A DNA stretch of 63,905 bases, the filler included, from an uncultured Rhodopirellula sp. (GTDB lineage: Bacteria; Planctomycetota; Planctomycetia; Pirellulales; Pirellulaceae), in assembly GCA_964007735.1 (NCBI GenBank). It is 3 parts of 3 records of this genome, joined end to end, with 100 filler letters (N's around TTAATTAATTAA, not from the genome) between each part and the next. Parts side by side here need not be neighbours in the genome. Positions count along the whole stretch, not along the records: positions 26,782 to 53,354 come from CAXGAI010000057.1; 2 more parts are not named here. One strand, given 5' to 3'. Of this stretch, positions 27,482-37,282 are shown one piece after another. The notes below the pieces were generated by a model, which was not told the origin of the DNA, made no database searches, and saw only the letters and a program-made list of their open reading frames with translations. The position numbers were made by a program, and so were the translations under genes. Position 1 is the stretch's first letter, and every line of letters begins with the position of its first letter.

Positions 27482-28915
27482 TTAAGCAAAAATGTCCAAA
27501 ACAGGTTTCCCATGGCCGTCACGGGTAGCGTAGAACGGTCGTTTTTCAACTTCAAAGGCTGTCTGAGGGCTGATTCCCATGGCCGCGAAGATCGTTGCGT
27601 GAAGATCCATCACCGGTACAGGATTTTCCACCGCCAACAGCGGACGTTGGTCGGCTGTTTTACCATACAGGAATCCTTTTTTAGTACCACCGCCAAACAT
27701 CGCAACACTCGTTCCGCCTGTAAAGTGTCGATGGAGTCCATAATGTTTGGGTTCTTCCAGAGTTTTACTTGGGGCCCGGGACTGATCCCTTGCTGTTGAT
27801 CCGGGTACACCTTCGATCATCATGTCGCGACTGAATTCACTGGCGATGACAACCAGCGTTCGGTCGAGGAGACCCCGGGACTCCAGGTCAAGGATAAGTT
27901 GAGCGATAGGCCGGTCGATTTCCTGTTTTACCCGGGCTACTGTGGAGTGTCCGTTTTCATGGGTATCCCAGTGAATAAAAGGAATGTACTCCGTAGTGAC
28001 TTCGACGAACCGCGCTCCTTCTTCAACGAGTCGCCTCGCTAACAGGCAGCCGCGCCCAAAGCGGCCGGTGTTGTAAACTTCAAAGGAGTCTTTGGGCTCC
28101 CGCGTCAGGTCAAAAGCATGCTTCTCTTTCGATTGTAGAAGTCGATGAGCGGCATCCATGGACCTAAGCATAGATTCCTGCTGAAAATCACTCATCAGCT
28201 CTCGGTTGGGATTCTGGTCGATTAACTTCCGATAATGGCGATAGCGATTGCCGAAGCGCCCCGGTTCCATACCCTTGGGTGGCTGGACAGAGCGGACTGC
28301 ATCTTGAGGGAAAGGAAGGTTCATTGGTCCAAATTCAGAACCAAAGAAACCGGCAGTGGTGAACGCTTTTAGTTCTTCTTTTTCACCAACCCCTTCAAGT
28401 CGTTGACCAATATTGATAAATGGTGGAACCACGGCGTTTTTGGGTCCCAGGACCTTGGCCATCCAGGCGCCAATATGAGGGGCAGCCACGGTTAGCGGTG
28501 GTACATATCCCGTGTGCCAGTGATACTGATGGCGGGAATGTAAGATGCTTCCAAGATCTGGCTGGACTGCGGAACGAATTAGTGTGCCGCGATCCATGAT
28601 TTGCGCGACATTCTCGAGGCCCTCGGTAATTTTAATGTTGTCCACGGAGGTGTCGATGGCAGGGAAAGTGCTGAGGATGTTATCGACCGCGAGACCTTTT
28701 TCAAATGGCGAGTACGCTTTGGGATCGAAGGTGTCCGGTGCGGCCATTCCTCCCGCCATCCAAATTAAGATGCAGGAATCCGCCTTGGCAGCTGGCTGAG
28801 GTGTATCCTGCGTATTCGCCAACGCCCGGGCTCCTGAGCAGGCAAGTGCCGCCGCCGAAGCATGGCTCAGTTGTTGTAAAAACTGCCGTCGCGCCAGTTG
28901 TTCCTGGAACGTCAT
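27482..28915 (-). CDS. DUF1501 family protein
   Basis: 'RRQFLQ' Tat-like leader; 'CILIWMAGGM...DTFDPK', 'CLLARRLVEEGARFVEV', 'WDTH', 'SEFSR'. Confidence 0.92.
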   Translation of the reverse strand: MTFQEQLARRQFLQQLSHASAAALACSGARALANTQDTPQPAAKADSCILIWMAGGMAAPDTFDPKAYSPFEKGLAVDNILSTFPAIDTSVDNIKITEGLENVAQIMDRGTLIRSAVQPDLGSILHSRHQYHWHTGYVPPLTVAAPHIGAWMAKVLGPKNAVVPPFINIGQRLEGVGEKEELKAFTTAGFFGSEFGPMNLPFPQDAVRSVQPPKGMEPGRFGNRYRHYRKLIDQNPNRELMSDFQQESMLRSMDAAHRLLQSKEKHAFDLTREPKDSFEVYNTGRFGRGCLLARRLVEEGARFVEVTTEYIPFIHWDTHENGHSTVARVKQEIDRPIAQLILDLESRGLLDRTLVVIASEFSRDMMIEGVPGSTARDQSRAPSKTLEEPKHYGLHRHFTGGTSVAMFGGGTKKGFLYGKTADQRPLLAVENPVPVMDLHATIFAAMGISPQTAFEVEKRPFYATRDGHGKPVLDIFA

Positions 28916-28924
28916 GATAGACTC

Positions 28925-31282
28925 CTATCGCACTATTTGAAATTCAGGTTGCATGAAAACCATCCACAGCAGATCTTCGATCGCGATTGTGTTCTTACCG
29001 TCACCAATAACCTCGATTAAGATCGCTCGCTCACCAGACGTTGGTTTACGGGAAAATGCATACAAGTACAGCCAATCGATGATCTCGCCTGTCGACTTCC
29101 TCTCGCCTGCGATACGTTTAGCACCCCCGGAAAGATATCTGGTGAGAATCTCGTCGTTGGCCAAATCGATAGCTTGAAGTGTTGTTAATTCACTGGGGCG
29201 TGTCGTAACCACCTGATCACGATGTGGTCGGCCGAGCGATCGCATCAGGAAGTCATTCTGCATCAGGGCGGCACGAATAGGGGGGCCGCCCGATGCAAGA
29301 GGGCCTGGTGTAACGGTCGTCCCATCAAGCACACGGCCCCAGGGTCCGTCACCATAGGAATGGACTTCCCGGGCGGGATGCCACGCTCCGGAAGGCTTGC
29401 GAACTTCCCAGCTCTGGTCGGTGGTGATAACACGTTGAGTATCGCCTTCTATTAAGACAAGCTGTGCAACAAATCCCGCACTGCCACCGAACATCTCCCC
29501 GGCAACTTCGATTTCGTTTTGGCCCTTCACTAAGTGTGTTGCAATATTGAATCGTACGGGTTTCTGCCAGTCTTTAGAGGAAGCGATGATCTTCCCGTTA
29601 ACCTTCATGCTAAATGCGTTATCGCAGGTTGCCAGGACCATGGCGGTCGTCGGGATGGTTTGCAGAGAGATTGTTCTGCGTAGATCCGCTTTCATACTGC
29701 CCTGTCCATCGTGCCAAATCCATTTTGCAGTGATGGGCAACGCTTTTGCGGGCTCGATATCTTTTAAGGGATCGTTCGCCGTGCGCGGTGCTCGTTTGCT
29801 TCGGTCTACCTGCGCAGCGGTTTTATCCGGATGAGTTCCGGTAATTTGCCAGATGGAATCCAGGAATTGTTCTGCGGTCATTCGCTTGGCGATTGGCCCG
29901 GCATAGATATAGTCATCGGCGGGGGCGGTTTGAAGGATTGCGGTTTGTGATTGATAGGCCTGGGAGGTCATGACGAAACGGATGAATTGTCGAAGGTCGT
30001 AGCCATCATCGGCGAAGCGGACGGCCAAATAGTCCAATAGGTCTTCATTCCATGGTTTGGTATGCATGGCGTCGACCGGATGCACAATGCCGCGCCCCAT
30101 TAAGCGATGCCAGAGTCGGTTAACGACAGTACGTGTGAAACGACCGTTGTCGGGATGTGTCATTAAACCAGCTAGTTGTTTTAATCGTTCCGCTTTGGGT
30201 GCTTTGGGATCAACATCCCCAATTTCAGGAAACATCCACTTCGGAGTAGCGATCTTGCCTGTTGGTTTGTCACAGCGATTTAGCTCTAGTGGTTGCTCGG
30301 AGTAGATAGCGGCGAGATTATAGGCTTCGGATAAGGTCCAGCGATCGATAAAGCTGTCGTGGCAGCTGGCGCATTTCATGTTGATTCCAAGGAACACCTG
30401 TGAAATGTTTTGGGCAAACTGGATTTCCCGAGTTTGACTGGAATTCACTTCGCCGCGCCACTTAATTCCATCGATAAAGCCAGCGGATTCCGCCGTGGGC
30501 GAAATAAGTTGCTGTACGAATACGTCATATGGTTTATTCACTCGCAGGGATTCGTAGAGCCAGGTTGTGATCTGGTTGCGACCTTTGGTGATAAAACCCG
30601 TTCCGGTATAGTCGTTACGCAGAAGATCATTCCATGTGGTCAGCCAGTGATCGGCATAGGCCACGTCGTCGGCAAGGAGTTTGTCGATCAATTTGCTGCG
30701 TTTGTTGTTCGCCGGATCGGAGACAAACGCTTGTAGGTCGGCGGGCGACGGCAGTAGCCCGATGGTGTCAAGTGAAGCTCGGCGGAGGAAAACGGCATCT
30801 GAAATGGCATCGGGCGTCTTTTGTTTTTCCAGGGAAAGACCGGTATCTAACAAACGGTCGATGGGATGGTTTCGCCCGTTTGTGGCTGGTGGCAACGTAA
30901 TCACGCGTGGTTTCAAAGGGGGGTCCCAACTGGAGGTGCCGAGCGTAATGCCCTGCTCCCAGGGCAGACCTGCATTGATCCACTTTTTGAGGATCGCGAC
31001 TTTTTCAGGTGGAACTCGAGGGCCCTCGGGAGGCATGCGGGTGAATGCGTCGTCTGACAGGATTCGTGAAAGGAAAATACTTTTATCAGCATTTCCTGTG
31101 ATAATGGATTTTCCATTTTCCCCGCCCGCCAGCAGTTGGGCGCGCGTGTTCATTGCCAGCCCACCTTCTTTCTTCTCACCCGTATGGCATTTACCGCAGT
31201 GAGTTTTGAGAATCGGCATAACGTCATGGACGAAATCCAGTTCTTCGGCGGACGTTGCTGCAGTCAGTGTTAAGGTCAGCAA
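28925..31282 (-). CDS. Planctomycete cytochrome c (PSCyt1) + DUF1549/DUF1553 protein with inserted beta-sandwich domain
   Basis: 'CGKCH', 'RMPPEG', 'CASCHD', 'VNRLWHRLMGRGIV', 'AKWIW...TCDNAF' insert. True start probably ~31324-31327 (see findings). Confidence 0.9.
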   Translation of the reverse strand: MLTLTLTAATSAEELDFVHDVMPILKTHCGKCHTGEKKEGGLAMNTRAQLLAGGENGKSIITGNADKSIFLSRILSDDAFTRMPPEGPRVPPEKVAILKKWINAGLPWEQGITLGTSSWDPPLKPRVITLPPATNGRNHPIDRLLDTGLSLEKQKTPDAISDAVFLRRASLDTIGLLPSPADLQAFVSDPANNKRSKLIDKLLADDVAYADHWLTTWNDLLRNDYTGTGFITKGRNQITTWLYESLRVNKPYDVFVQQLISPTAESAGFIDGIKWRGEVNSSQTREIQFAQNISQVFLGINMKCASCHDSFIDRWTLSEAYNLAAIYSEQPLELNRCDKPTGKIATPKWMFPEIGDVDPKAPKAERLKQLAGLMTHPDNGRFTRTVVNRLWHRLMGRGIVHPVDAMHTKPWNEDLLDYLAVRFADDGYDLRQFIRFVMTSQAYQSQTAILQTAPADDYIYAGPIAKRMTAEQFLDSIWQITGTHPDKTAAQVDRSKRAPRTANDPLKDIEPAKALPITAKWIWHDGQGSMKADLRRTISLQTIPTTAMVLATCDNAFSMKVNGKIIASSKDWQKPVRFNIATHLVKGQNEIEVAGEMFGGSAGFVAQLVLIEGDTQRVITTDQSWEVRKPSGAWHPAREVHSYGDGPWGRVLDGTTVTPGPLASGGPPIRAALMQNDFLMRSLGRPHRDQVVTTRPSELTTLQAIDLANDEILTRYLSGGAKRIAGERKSTGEIIDWLYLYAFSRKPTSGERAILIEVIGDGKNTIAIEDLLWMVFMQPEFQIVR

Positions 31283-31563
31283 CAGGCTGTGGATAAGTCG
31301 ACTTCTAGGGCAGAGGGTAAACAGCGTTGGAACTCCCCAAAACGGCGGCGATTATTTCAATAGGTTTCTATTTTAACCCATATCTTAAAGGTATGCGAAG
31401 CCCGGAAACTAACAATGCAAGGTTAGGCAGGGGGGCTGTCTTCGGATCTCAGTAATCCGAGCATATTTAACCGTTTGGGGTCTGTTGACGTGTGAGAGAG
31501 GGACCTACTAAGGCGAATTAGCGCCTATTTAGTCAGCATTTAGCATCTCTATAAGTAGATTGA

Positions 31564-32361
31564 ATGTATCAAGTTCGTATTGAACATATTTCTGGGAATC
31601 GTGCCATGCTTGGTGGTTTGCATGAATTGATAAATGCGTTAGACACTTTAGAAACGATTGTTTTTAGCGTTGTTTTGACGCTTTTTAGTCTGGCGGCTCT
31701 TCAATCGGCGCTATTAGAGCTATCGAGCGATGCTGACGAAGTACCGGTCTGGAATAAGGTGATTGGTTACCTCGGTTTAGGTTCGGCCGGCTTTGCGTTA
31801 TTTTTGTCTCATTTTGTAATGAGTAGTGGTAAAGCAACTTCGTTGATCTTATTGGTTCTCGGTATTGCCGGGCTTAGTACGATAGTACGAAAATGGAGGT
31901 TAGGTCCGACTTCCAGCCAGGAAAAGGCCTTTTCATCACCCCCCCCAGGTGCCATTAGTTCCTTGGAGCCCAATCCGAAACTGGCGTGGTGCGGCCATTG
32001 CAAAGCCCACACGATCGCGGGAGAGGTCACCGTTCGTAATACCAATGAATATGGCAGTACCTATATGACCTACAAGAAGAAAGTATGCGGCTATTGCAGG
32101 GGCACCATGCTGTGGAATGTTCCTTCCGATATTCGGCAAAGTACCAATTGGACGCTCGGTTGTTCAGGAGTCACTAGTTTACTTGTGATCGCTTGCTTTA
32201 TTGCCAATGGTTTCTCTAGATCTGAAAATTGGCTGGTCGTTGGGTTACTATTAATCATCCTGCTGATTCCAGTTCTGGCATTTCTCGTCTGGGTCGGTTA
32301 CCTGAGAATACAATGGTGCCGCTGGCTCAAAGAACAAACAGAGAAATCCGATGTTCATTGA
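31564..32361 (+). CDS. Hypothetical membrane protein with CxxC...CxxC zinc-ribbon
   Basis: About three N-terminal and two C-terminal hydrophobic segments around 'WCGHC...VCGYC'; start may be ATG 31606. Confidence 0.6.
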   Translation: MYQVRIEHISGNRAMLGGLHELINALDTLETIVFSVVLTLFSLAALQSALLELSSDADEVPVWNKVIGYLGLGSAGFALFLSHFVMSSGKATSLILLVLGIAGLSTIVRKWRLGPTSSQEKAFSSPPPGAISSLEPNPKLAWCGHCKAHTIAGEVTVRNTNEYGSTYMTYKKKVCGYCRGTMLWNVPSDIRQSTNWTLGCSGVTSLLVIACFIANGFSRSENWLVVGLLLIILLIPVLAFLVWVGYLRIQWCRWLKEQTEKSDVH

Positions 32362-32558
32362 TAAGACTCGAGTTCCGCAGGATCTACCAATCAACGTTCC
32401 GACTTCCCCTTAAAGAAGTAAACGCATTCTTTAGGAGTGGCGCTCACCACAACCATAATATGAAAACTTATCAATGTTGTGGTGCAAGTTGACCTTCTTT
32501 AGAATTAGTAGGAAGGTCAGATTTCCTGATCGGCTAAATAAAAAGGAATAACGAGCAG

Positions 32559-34913
32559 ATGCATCCACGAGAGTCTGCCAAATCATTGCCGTTAGCGGGC
32601 TTCTTCAGTCCGTTCTCTATCTTGTTCGTTCTGGTATTCTTTTTTACCAATCAGACAACCGCTTCCGAAGACTTTCAGAAGACAGTGAAGCCGTTCTTGA
32701 CAAAATATTGTTTCGATTGTCATGGCGCTGACGATCCGGCGGCAGAATTTTCACTGGTCACGATCGGTAACGACCTCCAGGCAGAGTCGTCGTCAGAGCA
32801 ATGGTTAAGGATCCTTGACCAATTGGTATTTAGAAATATGCCACCTGCCGAAGAAACGCAACCCTCGCCACTCGAAGTTTCAGAAGTTACCCGATGGATT
32901 AATAAATCGCTTGTGGTGGCGGGCAAAGGCGATGTTTACCGCAAGAAGCTTCTTTCTCCGGAATATGGTAATTGGGTGAATCATGAGGAACTTTTTTCGG
33001 GTCACATTCATACACCCGCTTATTCCCCTTCCCGCCTTTGGCGTTTCAGTCCGGAGATTTTTCTTAAAAAGGGACTGGGTAATGCGAAGAGCCCCTACAC
33101 TTATGTGACTTCGGCACGTGGGTTGCGGGACTATGCGGCCACGTCCACAGTGGATCAAAGCACCGTACAGATGATGTTGATGGTGGCTAATACGTTTCTT
33201 TCGGAACGAGAACGGCGTGGAGAGTTTAAAGACTTGTCTAATGATGAACCCCCGCTGAAAGTGGAAGAGCGTAGACATCTGGTCGAGCGTGAATTTCTTC
33301 GCATTATTGGTCGCCGCCCTACGGTGGAAGAATTGGATCGTTATTTAACGTTCTTTCACCGAAACATTGAGACCGGAGGAAAACTCGACGGATTTAAAAC
33401 GACGGTGAAAGCAATTTTCTTAAGTTCGGAATCAATGTACAGAATGGAGTTCGGGCTGGGAGATGTTGATGAGCACGGTCGCCGACATCTGTCGGCGGAC
33501 GAGTTGGCACATTCACTCGCGTACGCCCTGACAGACCATACCCCGGAACGTAGTGAAGTGATCTGGGATGCGTTGCAGTCTGGCAAACTGAATACGAAAC
33601 AGGATGTGGCTCACGTCGTGGAAAGAATGCTGGACGAACAACTCACGGCAGGCCATTGGTGGCGAAAAGATTTACCGCGCATCATGCGATTCTTTGATGA
33701 ATATTTCGGCTTTGATCGTGCTGGAACGGTTTTCAAAGATACGGGTCGGCAGCGAGCGGAGAAAATCCCGCAATGGAATACGACGATGCTTATTCACGAC
33801 GCGAGAATGTTAATTGAGTACGTTCTGGCGAAGGATGAAGATGTTATTAGTGAACTGCTAACTACGAACGAATACTTCATCGCACATCCAGGGGATAATG
33901 AATACGCACGCGAGCATTATGAGCTGAGAGTAGGTGAAATTACAGATCCGGGTTTTGTGGCTTCCCAAGTCGAAAAACGACGTGAACAAATTAAGCGTGA
34001 TTTCAATTTTGAAAACATGCCTGAAAAGGCTGAGCGAGCGTTGGCGGATGCGCAACGCGATGCCGAGAGAACGGTTTCTTTGTATAGGCTCGCTTTGGAA
34101 AATGGATTGAATCGACATCCCAGCTACCCATTTTCCTCGAAGAGCCACGGGATCGGAGACTTGATCTATATCGAGCCATACAATCTATCCAGCAATGGTC
34201 GGCATCAGGAGCAAACCTGGGATTGGCCAGTAGAGCAACCAGTGGCCATGCCCAAAGAGCAACGTGCAGGCTTATTAACGCATCCGGCCTGGTTGGCGGC
34301 CTATTCGCTTAATGAAGATAACGACCCGATTCATCGCGGTATTTGGGTATACGAGAGGTTGCTGGCAGGCGTGCTGGGTGATGTCCCGCCGGATGTGGAT
34401 GCCAATGTACCGACGGATCCCCATAAAACGCTTCGGCAGCGAATGGAACCATTGCGAGCAGAGAGCTGTTGGAAGTGTCACCGTAAGATTAACCCGCTGG
34501 GAGAACCCTTTGAGATCTTTGATGACTGGGGGCGTTATCGCTCTCATCATTATTTTGATGAGAATGATGAGATTTATATGCGGCGTGATGGTGAATTTGA
34601 ACGAAAACTAAAAGAGGGAAAGCTTACGAAACGACGAGTGGATGCAGCGGGCAGAATTTCATTCTCGGGGGATCCAGATGTGGATGGCGAGGTAGAGGAC
34701 GGGATCGAGATGATGCACCGTTTAGGTCATTCATCGCGAGCGAGGCAAACCTTTATTCGTTATTTGTTCCGTTATTTCATGGGGCGAAATGAAATGCTTA
34801 GTGACTCAAAGACGTTGGTGGAGGCGGAGAAAGCCTATTTGGATAATGGCGGTAGTTTTAGAGCACTCGTGGTATCATTATTAAGTTCCGATTCTTTCCT
34901 GTACCGAAGATAA
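32559..34913 (+). CDS. PSCyt1 + DUF1592/DUF1588/DUF1585-type planctomycete cytochrome c protein
   Basis: 'CFDCH', 'NMPP', 'RAGLLTHPAWL...DPIHRG', 'CWKCHRKINPLG', 'SSDSFLYR'; AAGGA SD. Confidence 0.88.
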   Translation: MHPRESAKSLPLAGFFSPFSILFVLVFFFTNQTTASEDFQKTVKPFLTKYCFDCHGADDPAAEFSLVTIGNDLQAESSSEQWLRILDQLVFRNMPPAEETQPSPLEVSEVTRWINKSLVVAGKGDVYRKKLLSPEYGNWVNHEELFSGHIHTPAYSPSRLWRFSPEIFLKKGLGNAKSPYTYVTSARGLRDYAATSTVDQSTVQMMLMVANTFLSERERRGEFKDLSNDEPPLKVEERRHLVEREFLRIIGRRPTVEELDRYLTFFHRNIETGGKLDGFKTTVKAIFLSSESMYRMEFGLGDVDEHGRRHLSADELAHSLAYALTDHTPERSEVIWDALQSGKLNTKQDVAHVVERMLDEQLTAGHWWRKDLPRIMRFFDEYFGFDRAGTVFKDTGRQRAEKIPQWNTTMLIHDARMLIEYVLAKDEDVISELLTTNEYFIAHPGDNEYAREHYELRVGEITDPGFVASQVEKRREQIKRDFNFENMPEKAERALADAQRDAERTVSLYRLALENGLNRHPSYPFSSKSHGIGDLIYIEPYNLSSNGRHQEQTWDWPVEQPVAMPKEQRAGLLTHPAWLAAYSLNEDNDPIHRGIWVYERLLAGVLGDVPPDVDANVPTDPHKTLRQRMEPLRAESCWKCHRKINPLGEPFEIFDDWGRYRSHHYFDENDEIYMRRDGEFERKLKEGKLTKRRVDAAGRISFSGDPDVDGEVEDGIEMMHRLGHSSRARQTFIRYLFRYFMGRNEMLSDSKTLVEAEKAYLDNGGSFRALVVSLLSSDSFLYRR

Positions 34914-34955
34914 TAGTAGTTGGTGATGAGCAGAAACATGATGAGCAATAGACAG

Positions 34956-36389
34956 ATGAGCTATAAAAGGCGGGAATTCTTACAGGGGCTTTCAGTGGGG
35001 GGAAGTGCACTCGCCATGGCTCCGTTTCTTGAGTCGATGCGAGTCCATGCCGCCGGGGATGCAGACGCCTTACCCAAACGCTTTGTGTTTGTCGTAAAGT
35101 CATCCGGGCTTGACAAGTTCAATCTGGTCCCGGATGGACTGGTGAATAACTTCGTCGATGAAACAAGCGGCGAGAAGTTGGGAAACAGGTCCCGGCGGGA
35201 AGGCCCACTGGTGGATGCTTCGTTGGCAGAACACAGGTTGCCGGAGAAACTGGAGGTCCTCGAAGAGTTTAAAGATCGACTGACGATTATCCAGAGTCTT
35301 TCGGGCGTTGGTTTTAGAGGTAATCACACCAAGGGCTTTGGGGCCCTTTCTCTTCATGATTCTGAGACAGTTGCGGTTGCACCGACCCTGGATTGTCTTC
35401 TTGGACAGCACCTTTCTCAGGGGCCTTATCCGATGTATGGTATGGCCATGAACGGTAGATTGCTCGAGTCCGGAAACTGGCCGGAAGATAACTACTGTTA
35501 CCCTAACCTATCGGCGTATGGTGCCGCCAAGCCAGTTGCCTACCAGGCATCTCCGCGTAAAGCGTATATCGAATTGTTCGGAGCTGCAGTTGCAACCCCG
35601 GAACAACTCAAAAAGAAACTCGCACTCGGCGGTAATCTGCTAGACTTTTTAACAGATGATGCCCGCCGCGTTGAGAAGCAACTTCGTGGCGAGGAAAAGG
35701 ATCGTTTTGCTCTGTATCTTGAATCTTTCGATTCTCTGCGGAAGATCGAGGAGAAAAAAGCAGCCCTTACTGACAGGATTCAACGCCATGCTCCTGAATT
35801 AACCGATCGTTACGACTCCCGTGCCCCGTCGGCGCGAATTGAATCCCATTTTGAACTGGCGTCGGCTGCGTTGATTGCCGGCCTGACAAACGTGGTAACC
35901 CTCCGTCCTGATACGCTGGGAGTGAAGTATTCGGAACTGAATCTTTCCAATTCCGTGCACGCGCTTGGCCACTTGCAGGAGAATAAGGCCTCCAACGGGT
36001 GGACTGGGCATCAGGCTCGGATGGAAATCGAGAAGTTGCATCTCAAAGAGATAGCCAAGATGGCGAGGAAGTTCGCATCGATCCCCGAAGGGAATGGTTC
36101 GATGCTTGATAACACGATGATTGTCTATATGTCGTGTTCGTCGGGTGATCACCATTGTGGAGGCCACGACTGGCCATTTGTTTTGCTCGGTGGTTTGGGC
36201 GGGAAACTAAGATCAGGGCGTTATTTGGAGTTTCCTAAATATGGAGAACTGGGTCACCGTACTACCGGCAACCTTTATCTTTCATTGATGCAAGCTGCCG
36301 GAATGAAGACGCCGGAAACGTTTGGTCAACCGGACTCAAATCTGAAAGATTTGAATCTCAAGGGACCATTGGAAGAATTAATGGCGTAA
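34956..36389 (+). CDS. DUF1552 family protein
   Basis: 'KRREFLQG' leader, 'PKRFVFV', 'PEGNGSMLDNTMIVY', 'WPFVLLGG...GRYL', 'GPLEEL'. Alternative in-frame starts at 34920-34941. Confidence 0.88.
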   Translation: MSYKRREFLQGLSVGGSALAMAPFLESMRVHAAGDADALPKRFVFVVKSSGLDKFNLVPDGLVNNFVDETSGEKLGNRSRREGPLVDASLAEHRLPEKLEVLEEFKDRLTIIQSLSGVGFRGNHTKGFGALSLHDSETVAVAPTLDCLLGQHLSQGPYPMYGMAMNGRLLESGNWPEDNYCYPNLSAYGAAKPVAYQASPRKAYIELFGAAVATPEQLKKKLALGGNLLDFLTDDARRVEKQLRGEEKDRFALYLESFDSLRKIEEKKAALTDRIQRHAPELTDRYDSRAPSARIESHFELASAALIAGLTNVVTLRPDTLGVKYSELNLSNSVHALGHLQENKASNGWTGHQARMEIEKLHLKEIAKMARKFASIPEGNGSMLDNTMIVYMSCSSGDHHCGGHDWPFVLLGGLGGKLRSGRYLEFPKYGELGHRTTGNLYLSLMQAAGMKTPETFGQPDSNLKDLNLKGPLEELMA

Positions 36390-36533
36390 GCTTTTCAAAT
36401 CTCCCGTCATAGATGCCTTTTGCTGAGATCATTTGTCATTAGCGCTTTCCATCCAGGAGAGGCTGAACTCAGCCCCTTGGTATGACGCATTTGTTATGCA
36501 TGGCTACTCTATTTGTCGACACCTCTGTAAGCT

Positions 36534-37040
36534 TTAACCGGGCGTTGCGCGACATAATTTTGTCAGAATTCTATCTAGCTGGTTGGCAAACGCTTGCAGG
36601 TCTTTGGGACCGAACGGTCTGGGGCCTTTGGTCTCCATCCCTCCGGATCGCAGATGCTGCATTAAGTTGCGTGTTGCCAACCGAGAACCGATCGTCGACT
36701 CGTCGTACAATTCCCCCCTTACTCCAATGGCAGTGCAATCCTTCTCGATCGCCCGTGCAGCCAGCGGAATATCGCCTGTTATGACAAGATCATTTGTTTG
36801 TATTTGATCCACGATATAGTCATCCGCCTTGTCGGCACCGTCGGGGACGGTCAGGACGGTAATGATTCGGGAATCAGGGGCCCTGATAGTTTGATTGGCC
36901 ACCAGAACCACTGGGATTTGTCGTTTCCGTGAGGTGGTGAAAATGAGTTCTTTGATCTGATTGGGACAGGCATCTGCATCAATCCAGATCGTTGGTGAAC
37001 TACGGACTTGCTCAGGCGAATTAGTTTGAGGATCGATCAT
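36534..37040 (-). CDS. YaiI/YqxD (DUF188) family protein
   Basis: 'IWIDADACP', 'DKADDYIV...DLVITGDIPLAA', 'FANQLDR'. Confidence 0.92.
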   Translation of the reverse strand: MIDPQTNSPEQVRSSPTIWIDADACPNQIKELIFTTSRKRQIPVVLVANQTIRAPDSRIITVLTVPDGADKADDYIVDQIQTNDLVITGDIPLAARAIEKDCTAIGVRGELYDESTIGSRLATRNLMQHLRSGGMETKGPRPFGPKDLQAFANQLDRILTKLCRATPG

Positions 37041-37282
37041 CTCCGGTTTCGTCGCTTGCTTAGCTAACTAAGCCCATTGGCCCTAGCTTCTTTAGAGTTC
37101 TGTGCACCATCGTAAGTATTATAGCCGGCTTCACTTAGTATTAGACTACCTTCAAAGAGATCGGCCGATAATTATTTGCCTGTCCCGGATGACCCGGAGT
37201 AAAATAAATAGGTGAATAGTAATTTGTCGTCAGTGGTCAGATAGGTTTAATCGGACTATCAGAATTCAGGGGCCAATGTGAA

